DNA of 64,000 nt from Chrysomallon squamiferum (lineage: Eukaryota > Animalia > Mollusca). Numbering within the stretch: position 1 is the stretch's first letter; each line of letters begins with the position of its first letter. The notes beneath the pieces are model-generated. The model did not search any database. It was not told where the DNA came from and worked only from the letters and a program-made list of their open reading frames with translations. Made by a program: the position numbers and the translations under genes. Of the stretch, positions 1 to 13,557 are shown piece by piece. Location: contig CM022668.1 of NCBI GenBank assembly GCA_012295275.1, positions 6,820,001-6,884,000 of the forward strand, in the 5' to 3' direction.

Positions 1-261
1 TGTAGATGAAAGCACAGACGAATCGATGATTAGTATGTATGTATCTCTGTGTTTGTATGTATGCATGCATGGATGTGTGTCTACCTTTGCATATGTATGT
101 ATGTATGTATATGTATATGTATATGTGTGTATGTGTAAATATATATATATACATATAAGCATTACATACATACTACAGCAATACATACACACATAAATAT
201 TATATACATACACAGATACATATATATATATAGATATAGATAGATAGATACATACATACAT

Positions 262-360
<99 letters not shown>

Positions 361-503
361 TTATTGCTGTATAGATTTAATGCTTATTAGATCCGGTATA
401 TTGAAGAAGTATTGCTTTAATCAACAGATTTGTATAACAGCATGTATATGTTTGTATCTGAGTAGATGTAAAACAAAACGTATAAATTTATAAAGACTTC
501 TAC

Positions 504-2803
504 CTTCAGATGAAAAGTTCTTGAGAGACGAGTTGAGGTATTCGTCATCTAAGTTAAGATCATATTTTGAAGATGTTGATATTATACTGCGTCTAAGTGA
601 GATTTTTACAGCATTTACAGTTTCATGTACTGAAATGGTAGCCCGGAAAGCGTTTTCAAAGTCACAAATAACAGAACCTTTCCTGCAGAAAGAAAGATTT
701 ATGTTAGAAAAAATCAGTTTTTATAATTTAATACTCAGAGAGATTACTAGAATGAGTGATTGAATGAAGGAGTAAACGAACAAATGAATAACGGATGAAT
801 GAATGAATGAGATTTGATTAACGATTGTTCAGTTATTGTTCAATATTTGTAGTCTTTGCATGTAAAAATTATTTTCCTCATATAATGTCAACGATATTTT
901 TTCAGATAATGATATATTCCATTTCGTGTCTATTCAAAATGCGGATATTTTTCTCAGAATGAAAAAAAAAAGTATTTTTTATCATAATTACATTGTATCC
1001 CCATAAATAATATTTTTATCCATAATGATATGATGACCAAAATGATGTAGTGCCTATAACAATATCATTTCTCTTAATGTTTTCACCTATAAAATATATT
1101 AACTCGTAACGATATTTTTACCCTTCACAATTTTGTTTCTATAAGTATTTTACCCTTACTGATATTTTTTTCCCTTAATGATATTTTTTCTCATAAATTT
1201 CTTACCTCAGTTCCTTTATTCTGATATACATAAATCCAGACATTTTATCAAAAGCTTCTGTTAGCTGAAAAGAAAAGATTTCGAATTAGTACGTTTTGTA
1301 TTAGTTTAAATATTTGTATGATTGTGCGTATTTGCGTATATATTTGTGAGGTTGTGTGTATGTATGTTTATCGGTGTGTGTCTAAATGTGTGTTTGTGTT
1401 AGTATTTGGTGCGTGTGCGTTTATGTGTGTGAAAATGTAAATGTGTTCGTGAGTGTATGTGTGTTTTATTTATAACTATGTAAAAACGTATTCTTATTTG
1501 CTTGAGTTTTTGTGTATTCGTATGTCACGTGTATGTATTTTGTGTATATTTGTAAACGTTTAGTGTGTTTTCTATGTGTGTGGATGTATCATACGTTTAC
1601 AAAAAATATATCATTTTAGGCAAACCTATCACAGTTTTGTTAAGTCTGTGAGTGTTAATATATAAATGGGTCTGTGTGAGTGTGTGTTGGTGTGTGTGTA
1701 TGTGAGTGTGTGTGTGTATGTATGTGAGTGTGAGTGTGTGTGTGTGTTTCAGTAAGAAGTGTAATACTTACAGCTAGGGATATGTTCTTGTATACTGGAG
1801 ATGTCTTGTTGTTCATATCATCAGAGAAGTTCTTGTTAAATTTCAAAGAACATGGAATGTCAAAATGTCCCCTTGCTGTTCAGAAAAAGGTTTTAGACGT
1901 TCGTTAAATCAGTTTGCTCAGTGATGTGTTAAATAAATTATGTTTAAAATTACAGTTATAAAATGTTAGTAAGTTAGTACATGTTAGTAACAGATGTCTG
2001 CCTTGCTACACAGGACATAACATGCTGTAAGAACAGATCCGTTCATACACACGTAAACACACACAAATATATGCATACAAACAAACGTATGCTCATTAAT
2101 AGAATATACTCATAGCACAAAAGGACACAAACACACACACACAAACACAAATACACACATACAAGTACACAAATTAATATCTTTTCCTAAGGCAGTAATA
2201 AACTGAATTATATATTTTATTTCTTTTTTCTTCTTCTTTTTTTAAATTCTGATTTTATTATAACATATACTCACATCTATTAATTCCTATTTGAACAGGT
2301 TCGTTTGATGTTGTGCTGCTGGCAGGTGTTTTTGGTGTTGTTCTGCTGACAGATGCGCTTGGTGTTGTACTGCTGACAGATGCGTTTGGTGTTGTACTGC
2401 TGACAGATGCGTTTGGTGTTTTACTGCTGACAGATGCGTTTGGTGTTTTACTGCTGACAGATGCGTTTGGTGTTGTACTGCTGACAGATGCGCTTGGTGT
2501 TGTACTGCTGACAGATGCGTTTGGTGTTTTACTGCTGACAGATGCGCTTGGTGTTGTACTGCTGACAGATGCGTTTGGTGTTGTACTGCTGACAGATGCG
2601 TTTGGTGTTGTTCTGCTGACAGCTGCGTTTGGTGTTGTACTGCTGACAGATGCGTTTGATGTTTTACTGTTGACAGATGTTTTTGATGGTGTAATGTTGA
2701 CAGGTGTAGTTAGGTTTGTGGTGCTAACTGTAGAACTGCATTTCAAATTTGTGGCCAGGAGAATCATCCCCAGTGCAAGAAGACAGAGAGCTGAAGCTGA
2801 CAT
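504..2803 (-). CDS. SEA-domain membrane-mucin-like protein (MUC3/MUC17-type architecture), 5' four coding exons; continues beyond the left edge
   Basis: Exons 2803-2275, 1875-1772, 1264-1206 and 682-504 have GT-AG boundaries and consistent phases (1,0,2,1). They give signal peptide MSASALCLLALGMILLATNLKC, a Ser/Thr/Pro repeat, then SRGHFDIPCSLKFNKNFSDDMNNKTSPVYKNISLA|LTEAFDKMSGFMYIRIKELR|KGSVICDFENAF..., a SEA-domain pattern with the G-SV[IV] cleavage motif. No stop codons in the spliced frame. Confidence 0.82.
2310..2690 (-). repeat. Coding 27-bp tandem repeat (~12 units) encoding the mucin PTS unit P[N/S]ASVSS[T/K]T
   Basis: The plus-strand unit gtgttgtactgctgacagatgcgtttg is visibly repeated; the 9-aa period is seen in ORF 2258..2851. 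Confidence 0.92.
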
Positions 2804-2898
2804 TGCTTCTGTATTAAACAACATATATATGAATATAATACTAGTATTCATACATACACAGTTATGTGCATATTCTAGTTATATCTGATTCTTGTTAC

Positions 2899-2905
2899 TT
2901 ATATA
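2899..2905 (-). promoter_or_regulatory. Candidate TATA box of the SEA-mucin gene
   Basis: The minus strand reads TATATAA about 96 nt upstream of the ATG at 2803. The AT-rich background makes a chance match plausible. Confidence 0.25.
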
Positions 2906-3514
2906 ACGTATTCGCATTTTTCGTTCTGACGGAAAGATGTTTTCAGATGATAAAGGACTGCTCAGAATGACGCTGTGTGATTCTGATTCTGCTGCGAATT
3001 TGGTATAACAACGTGGTGGATGTCAACAGACCCATAAATTAGGTTTCATCTAATTTTAATGTAAAAAGTCATTTAGAGTTTATGTTTTCTAGCATAAAAA
3101 TGAAAAGAAACAAAATAAGCTGAGAACATTCAGTACGCTGTACAATATGTTCAGACATGATCATGAATTGTAAATTCGAAATTAAAGAAATATTTCTGAA
3201 GGAATACTCATGTATCCATCGTTAAGGAGTTTTTACAAATATGTTTCCCAGTATGTTCTCCGGAGTCCTTCTAAATTCGTTTCTTTCAATGTTTTTGTTA
3301 CATAATGTTTACTGGATTCGACTTTCAAATTATTTTCTATCTGTAAACTAACGCTACTGAAGAATCTAGCCATATCTTTTTATTTTCAAAATTGTTGATG
3401 ACAGGAATTTGCAGTTTGCTTTCATTTTCCGTTTTCCTTTTTCACTATTATTTAAAAACTCCATTACACAACTAAAATTAGTCGAAAACGTATAAAAGTT
3501 TATACAGTCTAGAC

Positions 3515-4903
3515 CAGTGATTCCCAACGTGAGGCCTACGCCCCACTGGGGGGCAAGATGAAAAATATAGTAATATCAACATTTTTTTTTATTTTATCCT
3601 ATATGGGTAAAAATTATAAATTTATAGGGTAAAATTGTAATTACAGCCTAGCTGAGCACAACAGCTTGTGCAGTCTAGTCAAGTGTTCACCCACTAATGT
3701 TATTGTGCATCTGGCACCAGCTATATGCGTGGCTTCTGACTTGTTTAAGAAGGTGAGTTTTAGTCAGCTGCTCAACGCCCCCACTGAAGCTAAAAAAACA
3801 GAGGAAACTAACTACAACCAAACTAAATGTGCACAATAAAGCATGGAATATACAAATTTTTCAATACAGTTGGACAAATCAACTGTAAGAGATAGTGAAG
3901 CTCTATTAATGGCCTATGTAAGATATGTTGATAATGGAGAATTTATTGAGGATATGCTATTTGCGAAGCATTAGAAACCACCACTATTGCAATTGATATA
4001 TATAAGAAATTAAAAACATATTTAGATGATAAGCAGATACCAATGGAGAACATTATATCTTGTGCTGCAGACGGTGCTCCAGTGATGATGGGCAAGAAAA
4101 ATGGAGTTTTAAAATTACTGAAAGACGACAATCACCAAATGTTGTTAGTGCATTGTGTTATTCATAGACAGAATTTAGTTTCCAAAAAAGTTTCCCCTGT
4201 TCTAAACGAGACACTGAATGCAGTTATAAAATGCGTCAGCACTATAAAAGCTAATGCCAAATGTGAGCGTCTTTTCAAACAATTTTGCAAGGATCAAAAT
4301 GTAGACTATGTAAGATTATTACTTCATACTGATGTAAGGTGGTTATCAAAGGGGAATTTTCAGAATTACAAAATGATGACTCGATTAAAGCCCTGTTCAA
4401 AATAAAAGGAACAATGTTGTGGCTCTGTGAAGAAACACAAGCTAAATATCCAAATACAAGCAGTTTGGCAAGAAAACTACTGTTACCATTCCCATCGTCA
4501 TACTTAGTGGAATGTGGATTTAGTGGTGTGAATGACTTATTACTGAAGAAAAGAAACCGACTGAATATCACTAAACGAGGCGACTTGAGATTGGAATTAA
4601 CAAAATTTCTGCCTCGGATAAAATCTCTTTGCAGTAGACATCAGGCTCAAGGGTCTCATTAATTGATTGTAATTGAATTTATTTAATCTGATGGTAGATA
4701 TGTTATACACATTATAAAATGGATTTTATTTGATTAAATTTGAAGTTAAACCCTTTAGTTTTATTTGAAAGATACAATTTTTTATGTTATACTTCTTCAA
4801 AACTGATATTGTTGTATCATACTAAACAATTAACGGGTGGGGGGCATGAAGAAATTTGTGATAAAAAAGTGGGGCATGGTACTAAAATGGTTGGGAACCA
4901 CTG
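3515..4903 (+). mobile_element. Internally deleted, non-autonomous hAT DNA transposon, Buster/Charlie type
   Basis: TIRs cagtgattcccaac (3515) and gttgggaaccactg (ending 4903). Flanking 8-mers gtctagac/acctagac fit a degenerate nnnTAnnn TSD. Transposase fragments inside: FSIQLDKST, ADGAPVMMG, HCVIHRQNL, VRWLSKG, and the C-terminal dimerisation segment PFPSSYLVECGFS...KRNRL...QAQGSH. Confidence 0.9.
3855..4662 (+). pseudogene. hAT (Buster-like, ZBED5/SCAND3 family) transposase remnant with frameshifts and a large internal deletion
   Basis: ORFs 4043..4405 and 4339..4662 are in different frames, and the catalytic-region segment ending RWLSKG is joined directly to the C-terminal domain. No N-terminal BED finger is seen. 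Confidence 0.85.
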
Positions 4904-4993
4904 ACCTAGACATTATAAAGCGTCAAAATAAAAATGCACTCTCTTAAACCCTTCACGGTAAAGAAATACAGAACGAAAACGAAAACTGTATTT

Positions 4994-5069
<76 letters not shown>

Positions 5070-5214
5070 GGAGACAGACAGATAGATAGGCAGACAGAAA
5101 GGCAGAGAGACAGGCGTTCATTTCATAGTGAGAAATATGATTCGTTATTTAATTCACTGAAAACAATAATATTGTTCCAACACTTTATCACAACTGACAA
5201 TAAGAGAGAGACAC

Positions 5215-5327
<113 letters not shown>

Positions 5328-5328
5328 C

Positions 5329-5790
5329 TTACATCAGGATGTATCCGAAGTGCGAAGATTTATTATGAAGACAGCAAAATGGCCGCAGGAAGGATTCTTT
5401 TCTTAGTTCGTGTAGCAGTTATGAGCGTGTCGATACAATTGTCTGTGAAGTCTTGTCTGTTCACTAAACTAGAAATTATATTCTTCCACTGTTGGTTTGA
5501 GAATATGAAAACAAGCATTATTTATATACTTATACTCACATATGCTTGAATACATACACAGTAACTTAAACGTACTTACATGCATACAAATATACTGTTA
5601 AGCAAGATATATATAAAAATATAATAGTTAAATCACCTCGAGCCTAAAACAAAATGACCACGATCTTTGTACTGAAAATCTTTCACTGCCACAACTCTTG
5701 CCGGTTCAGCTGATAACGTGATAACATTAATGATTTTATTCTCGGGGATGGTCAAACAAAAATCTAGGGGTGCCTAATCCTGTCTCAACT
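5329..5790 (-). pseudogene. Decayed mucin cassette copy A: small exon remnant (~5630-5671) + EGF-N exon (5463-5329)
   Basis: 135-nt AG..GT-bounded exon reading EQTRLHRQLYRHAHNCYTN*EKNPSCGHFAVFIINLRTSDTS*C(K), colinear with the copy at 24831-24965. Two in-frame stops. Confidence 0.65.
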
Positions 5791-5894
5791 TCTCGATATT
5801 TCGCTTAGTAGATCTTTACACACAGCCACCCACACACAGAGACACACACACAAAAAACACACACAGACACACACAAAGACACACACACACAAAC

Positions 5895-6245
5895 ACACAC
5901 ACACACTCAAAATACACACACACACACTCAAAATACAAACACATTCACAATACACACACACAAACTCAAAATACACACACACATACTCAAAATACACACA
6001 CACACTCAAAATACACACCCACACACACTCAAAATACACACACATACTCAAAATACACACACATACTCAAAATACACACACACTCAAAATACACACCCAC
6101 ACACACTCAAAATACACACACACATACTCAAAATACACACACATACTCAAAATACACACACACACTCAAAATACACACACACACTCAAAATACACACACA
6201 ACACTCAAAATACACACACACACACTCAAAATACACACACACACA
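5895..6245. repeat. Compound minisatellite (CA)n-CTCAAAAT, ~20-bp period
   Basis: acacacacactcaaaat is visibly repeated more than 15 times. Confidence 0.85.
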
Positions 6246-6444
6246 CAAACATACACACAAATGCACACCCCAGTTCAGCCCTGATTTCTGAAAAGGTGTG
6301 TTTGACGTCTTGCTGATAACAGATTTAGTTTTCAGTTTTATCTCAAAGTCTAACATGTTTTGAAACACTCATCTCTTTACTGTAAACATATGTGAAATTG
6401 ATGACAGTATTAATAACAGTAACAACAACAACATTATTATTATT

Positions 6445-6476
<32 letters not shown>

Positions 6477-6782
6477 TATCATTATTATTGGTGTTGTTGT
6501 ATTGTTATTATTATTATTATTATTATTATAGTTGTTGTTGTTGTTGCTGTTATTGTTATTGTTATTTTATTATTATTACTGATGATGATGATGACGGTAG
6601 TAACAATTAGTAATAAAACACAGACGGCTTTCTGAGAAGGGAGATAAATATAATGACTAAAACCGCACTGTTGTTGTACGTTACATCAGCAGTATTTTAT
6701 AATGAACATATTAGTAGATTCTAAGTAACGTACATATCTGTTATCTTTATTATTCTTATTATTCTTATTATTCTTATTATTC

Positions 6783-6813
<31 letters not shown>

Positions 6814-7229
6814 TACCAGTAGTAGTAGTAGTTGCTGTTGTTGTCGTTTTTAATTAAGATATTATTAGACAAGGAAACACAAATTGAAAAGAAATGAAGA
6901 TTTATTAAATATTTTTATTTCTAATTCTGCATCAGTATTCTTGTACAGTTGTTTATTATATATCAAATATGAATATCTGTGTATTTGTTTTCCTCAGTCT
7001 AATTCACAGACAAACATACGCACATACGCAAAAACACGCTTCATTCAGAGAGATGGAGAGAGAGAAAGAGATGAACTAATTGAAAATGAGAAGAAAGAAA
7101 GAAGGAGGAAGAAACATATTTTAAAAGAGGAGAGTAAGAAAAATGAAAGAGAGAAGTATAGTGTCTAAGGACAATTTCTGAGAAAAATGTTCTTTGTTTT
7201 TGCTTTAATTCACCAGCTTGCTTGGGGGG

Positions 7230-7322
<93 letters not shown>

Positions 7323-7387
7323 GAGTGACTATTGAATCTATGATCTAATTCACATTTTGTATATGGTAAACTATTTTTACATACTTT

Positions 7388-7900
7388 TTACATGAAAGTG
7401 CGAAGGTGTGTTTTGAAGACACCAAAATGGCCGCAGGAAGGATTCTTTTCGTAGTTTGTGTTGCAGTTATGAGCGTGTCGATACAATTGTCTCTGAAGTC
7501 TTGTCTGTTCTCTAAAATAGAAATTTAATTCATCCACTGTTAGTTTGAGAATAAGAACACAAACATTATTTATATATTTATACTCACATGTGCTTGAATA
7601 CAAACACAATAACCTGAACGCACTTACATGAATAGAGACATAATATTAAGCAAGAGATATGTAAAAACATAATTCTTACGATTTATCTTCTACTTGACAC
7701 GATATTTGTACTGAAAACCTTTATTTGTTAGGAACTCATTCAGCTGATAACGTAATGTCGTTATAACATTAATAATCATTTTATTCTCGGGGATGGTCAA
7801 CTAAAAATCTAGGGTACCTAATCCTTTTTACTTGAACATTCATTTTCTTCCTTCTAATGAAATTTATATCATCTTGAAATTCATATTCACCCCAGTAATG
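7388..7900 (-). pseudogene. Decayed mucin cassette copy B: small exon 7710-7680 + EGF-N exon 7511-~7388
   Basis: A 31-nt exon (cag|TACAAA...AAATC|gtaag, phase 1 to 2) joins in frame to EQTRLQRQLYRHAHNCNTNYEKNPSCGHFGVFKTHLRTFM*. A short deletion near the 3' end shifts the terminal C-K out of frame. Confidence 0.65.
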
Positions 7901-10096
7901 ATGTTTTAGATACCTGTATCAAATTCTCTATATTTTCCTTGATAATACTTTAGCTGTGTCATAGATGTTTACATACACGCGCATACATAATATATACACA
8001 CACATGCACATGTACATAAATATACACACACATGCATACGCATGTACATATACATACAAATACACATGCATATACACACACATACGTACGTAAATACATA
8101 CATACATAATTAAGTATATGGTTAAATATACACGCACATACACACCCACACACAAACGCACACACAAACTACACCCCATTTCAGTCACTGACTTCTGACA
8201 GGTGTGTCTGACTTCTTGCTGATAAGAGATTTAGTTTTCAATGATAAGTGTCTAATATCATTTGTTAGATATTACAGAAACACTAATGGCAATTGAAAAA
8301 ATTTAAAGAAATTGTATTTACATTACTGTTAACTGCTAAAAGTATGTGAAACTGAAAATAATAATAACAATATTAATAATAACAACAGTAATTATTATTA
8401 TCATTATTATTATTGTTGTTGTTGTAATGATGATGATAATGACGGTCATTATGATGATGATAGTAAAACTAATGATGAAGAGGACGAAGAACATCATGAT
8501 CATGATGAATATAACCACAACAACATCACTACAGTAACAATTACAGAAATAATATATTTAAATGTGATAAACATAACGTATATAACGGTTTAATATATTA
8601 ATATATTACAGAGATCAAAGTCAAGATATTTAAATGTTATATAACGGCTTAATATATTAATGTATTACAGTGATCAAAGTCAAGATATTATTGTATTTTA
8701 TCTCTGTGACAAATGCCTGGACTTCCCATTTGTTATTATCTCGTAGATCTCTTGACCCACGGATAAATTAAAAATAACAGTGTGTATCTTCAGTGAAGAT
8801 AACAAAGAAAATGTTAGATTAAATGTAATGTGTTTAGTATTAACGATCGTATTAGAATATGGCTCGTTTCTTGTCCAGGGATTGCGCCTGTAAATGGATC
8901 CGCTTTCTGTGTAATTAAGAAACTGTGACGGCTCGTTATAACAGATACATATGCTTGCATATACTACAGGTATAAACTATACATAGCATAAAGTATCGAC
9001 TATGAGCACGAAACAACACAAACTTACTATTTCAAAGATAATTATTTATACTTATTATTTAGTGAAATACTACATAATTCTTAATTTGTTTTAATTTTCC
9101 CTAATATATATATATATATTTATACATGAAACTCTCCATGGAACATATACAGGTTACACCAAATTGATCAACAAATCAAACAGAGCATACAGAAAGAGGA
9201 TAACCATTTATTCACTGCTTCCGACTTAAACAAAATAACGCAAAATATAGTTACCAACATAGATGCCTAATAATGGCCGCCAACTCCACAGTCCCTAGCG
9301 TTCCCTCAGTATGTTCTCTTTGTTCTCTTGTTGCGTTTTCTTTGTTTCCTTTTGTCTTTTACTTAAATAAAGTCAGCAGAGCGTACCTGACAAAAATTCC
9401 TTTTGTCTCTGGCTAATAACCGTTAATTTCTATGTGATTTCAGTAATTGGATTACTGTTAACTAACAGCACATATCCAATTAATACACACTATTAGGAAC
9501 ATTTGTAGAAATGAATGGGTAACATATTTACTTACTTTAATGATACATACAGATTAATTATGAGATGTTAAACTGTATTAAAGTAAGCTATTTAGATAAA
9601 TAATCAATATTTTACCGGCATTTTCATAAACTGTTCCTTAATAGTACAACAATATAAAGTATTATAATAAGTAAAAACAAAAATAGCTACCAGTAGGTAT
9701 AACCCAGGTTGCCATCCGTGGTTTGATAAGGAAGTTAGGACATATTTTCCAATTTAAAGAATCACAGAAAAGAGTACATTTAAATATCGCTGTTAAAACT
9801 TTCCACAGATTGACAGAGCCCTGCTTGAGACAAAAAACGGTTTACACACATACATACAAAAAAGTTGATCCATATCCATTAATGCATACATGCATACGCA
9901 GACACAGACAAATATATAGGCATGCATAGAGAGATACATACATCCATACATACATAGATATATACATAAATACACATAGAGATACCCATGCAAATGTAAA
10001 CATACATACATATCTACATACGTACGTACGTACACACATACAAACACAGATACATGCACACTAATCATCCCTTTCTCCATGCATCCATCTACACCC

Positions 10097-10146
<50 letters not shown>

Positions 10147-10366
10147 ATTGAAGTTTTTAAATGTATTGTAAATACTAAATGAGCAGATATATTTGTAGTT
10201 GAGGACAAAGTGAGTGACCCGTGTAAAACTGTCGGCGTAATAATACAAATTAATCACACATAACCAGGCACATATATAAACAAGAATATAAAACAAAGCA
10301 AAATAAACAATCTTATAAAATAAAAGTAACAATACTAAGAAAATTTAACAATAAAAACGCATTTAT

Positions 10367-10819
10367 CTCTGGAAAGAGAGCTACGGAGGTCACGTGACTA
10401 TCATGATTTGTTCGAGAAGGGAGATAACTAGCTATAAGCGCCACAATTACAGAAGCGGCCGAGATTCCGTCAATGCAAGCAGTGCCGAGGCAGGTAAACG
10501 ATTACACAAGGGACATAACTATGTCAGAGAAATGGAAAGCCATACTGGACGAATAACAGATCAATACTCCAGAGAAATGGAAGGCAAAGGGGGACGCTTG
10601 AGAGGTAATTACTCCATCGAAGGAGAACGGAATTTGGGTTACGAAGGAGGATATGCCGGACATAAGCCCTCTGTTGAAAAGGACGGCCATTTTAAACTGG
10701 AAAATGAAAGGAATTGGCAGTCGAAAGAAAATCAGTCGGGCGCTACATTTCGTGCTCCTAACAGAGAAAATGAAGAAAGAACGTCACCAGTGTACCAGCA
10801 TCGATTACCAGAAACTCGT
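10367..10819 (+). pseudogene. Inverted, 5'-truncated paralogue of the cytoplasmic exon at 21888-22211
   Basis: Shares LERE.(R/H)RSRDYHD, EKGDN and A.NRE.EERT with the minus-strand exon and ends CGT|gtacgt. Flanking intron sequence (10236-10335, 10890-10915, 11083-11110) also matches the reverse complement of 21825-22460. There is a stop/frameshift after EKGDN. Confidence 0.7.
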
Positions 10820-10919
10820 GTACGTATTTTATATATTTTATTTATTTTTATTTATTATTATTATAATTTTGTATTTATTAATTTATGTTTTTGTTACAGT
10901 AATATCCTTCAAAATTAGT

Positions 10920-10960
<41 letters not shown>

Positions 10961-11221
10961 GTGTCTCTCATCTGGAAGTGAAGAAAAAAAAATTGACTGT
11001 AGTTTCATAATATATATTGTTTTATTGACCAGTACTAGTAGTAGTTATAAAAGATTCATAGATATGTCTTTATTTATTTACTTAGATTTAAAGTCATAGA
11101 TAGAAAATGCATTAATGAATGAATGTATTTAATGACAAAAACAAAACAAAAAGCAAAGAAAAAACCCCATTTTCCATGTTTATGTATTTATACTACATAC
11201 ATATCTGTTACCTTTATTATT

Positions 11222-11292
<71 letters not shown>

Positions 11293-11344
11293 TATTGCTA
11301 TGATTATTGTTATTGTTAATATTGTTATTTTCACTGTCATGTTA

Positions 11345-11388
<44 letters not shown>

Positions 11389-12915
11389 TATGATGATAGT
11401 AATCATGCCAGTAGTAGTAGTACTAGTTTTTGTTGTTGTTGTTGTCGTTTTTAATTAAGATATTATTAGTGAAGGAAACACAAACTGAAAAGAAATGAAG
11501 ATTTATAAAATATTTTTATTTCTACTGCTGTATTAGAGTATTTGTACGATTGTTTGTTATATATCAAATATGAATATCTGTGTACTTCTTGTCCTGAGTC
11601 TAGTTCACACACAAACTTACGCACAGACGCACAAACAAGCTTCATTCAGAGAGAGGGAGATTAACTAATTGAAAATGAGAAGAAAGAAAGAAAGAATGAA
11701 AAAGATAGAAAGAAAGAAAAGAACGAAGGAGGAAGAAACATATTTTAAGAGAGGAGAGTAAAACTAATGAAAGCCAGAAGGATGGCGTCTTAGCGACAGA
11801 TTTAATATTTAATATTTATCAGCTTGCTTGAGGAGAGAAAGAGAGAACATAATGACTATTGAATCTAATTCTCATTTCGTATATGGTGCACCATTTTTGT
11901 ATAATATTTACGTGAAAGTGCGAAGGTCTATTATGAAGATACCAAAGTGGCAGCAGGAAGGATTCTAATAATAATAATAATAACAATAATAATAATAACA
12001 ACAACAACAACAACAAAAAGTTATAATAGTAATAATAGTAACAATAACAATAATAATAACACTAATAGCAGTAATAACAATAACTATAATAATAATAACA
12101 ACAACAGTAATATTGATAATAATAACAACATCAATAACACTAGTAATAATGATAATAATAACAATAATAATAATAATAGTAACAATAATAATAATAACAA
12201 CAACAATAATAAGAACAACAATAATAATAATAACAATAATAACATTTAAAACAAATCATAATGAAATGACTGTGATTATGACGATGGTGATTATGATGAT
12301 GATAGGATTATGATGATGGTGATTATGATAATGATGGTGATTATGATAATGACCGTGATTATGATGATGGTGATTAAGATCATGGTGATTATGATGAGGA
12401 AAAGGACGAGGAAGATTATGATAATAATGAAGATAACCACAACAACACAACTACACTAATACTTACACAAATAATATATTTTAATGTAATAAACATAACA
12501 TATTACAGTGTAATGCATTAATAAATATAACATACAAATATACTGTGTATTAAGAAATATTATATATATATATATAGACACGCATAAATACTCAGTATAT
12601 ACATATACATACGTATATATATAATACACACTCACACAGTCACATACATACATACATACATACATACATACATACATACATACATGCAGTATGTACATTG
12701 TAGAGATCAAGACAAGATATTATTGTATTTTATCTACGTGACAAATAGTTGGACTTTTCTTCTATTAATACCCTTGTAATCATTGTGTCAACTCGTTTAT
12801 CTACTGACCTACTGATTAATTATCAAAAACATTCTCAATGAAGATAACGAAGAAACTGTTAGCTTAAATGTAATATATTTAGCTTAACATGCATCAGAAT
12901 ATATGTGCGTGGGTA

Positions 12916-12970
<55 letters not shown>

Positions 12971-13459
12971 GATACATGAATATACACATTTACATAGACA
13001 TATAAATGCAAACATACATGCATGCATGCATACATACATACATACATATATATACATCGTTTTCAATTACAGAATGTTGTTTCTTATTTCTACAGCTGTG
13101 TCAGTATATTTGTACAACTGTTATATATCAAATGTGAATATCTGTGTTTGTTCTCATCACATCTAATTCACAAACATCGATACAGACGAACAAACACATT
13201 CAGAGAGATGGAGTGAGAGAGAGAGATCAACGAACTGAAAGAAAGAAAGAATGAAAGAAAGAAGGAAGGAAAGAATGAAATAAATAAAGAAAACATTATT
13301 TGACATCTACGACTAAAGGATATATAATTGAATAATGTATATAGAAAGAGAGAAAGAATGAAAGAAAGAAAGAAAGAAAAGAAAAGAGATAACCCCTTAG
13401 CGACAGATTCTGAGAAAAAAATGTCTTTATTTTTGCTTTAATATTTTTATCGCATGCTT

Positions 13460-13556
<97 letters not shown>

Positions 13557-13557
13557 C

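Noticed and set aside
880-1200. Loose gatatttttt..taat periodicity in a mucin intron
   Set aside because: Too degenerate and AT-rich to define a unit by eye; probably an old minisatellite with no evident function.
2313-2888. 191-aa plus-strand ORF (GVVLLTDAF)n
   Set aside because: Antisense shadow of the mucin repeat; the minus frame has the signal peptide and splices to SEA exons.
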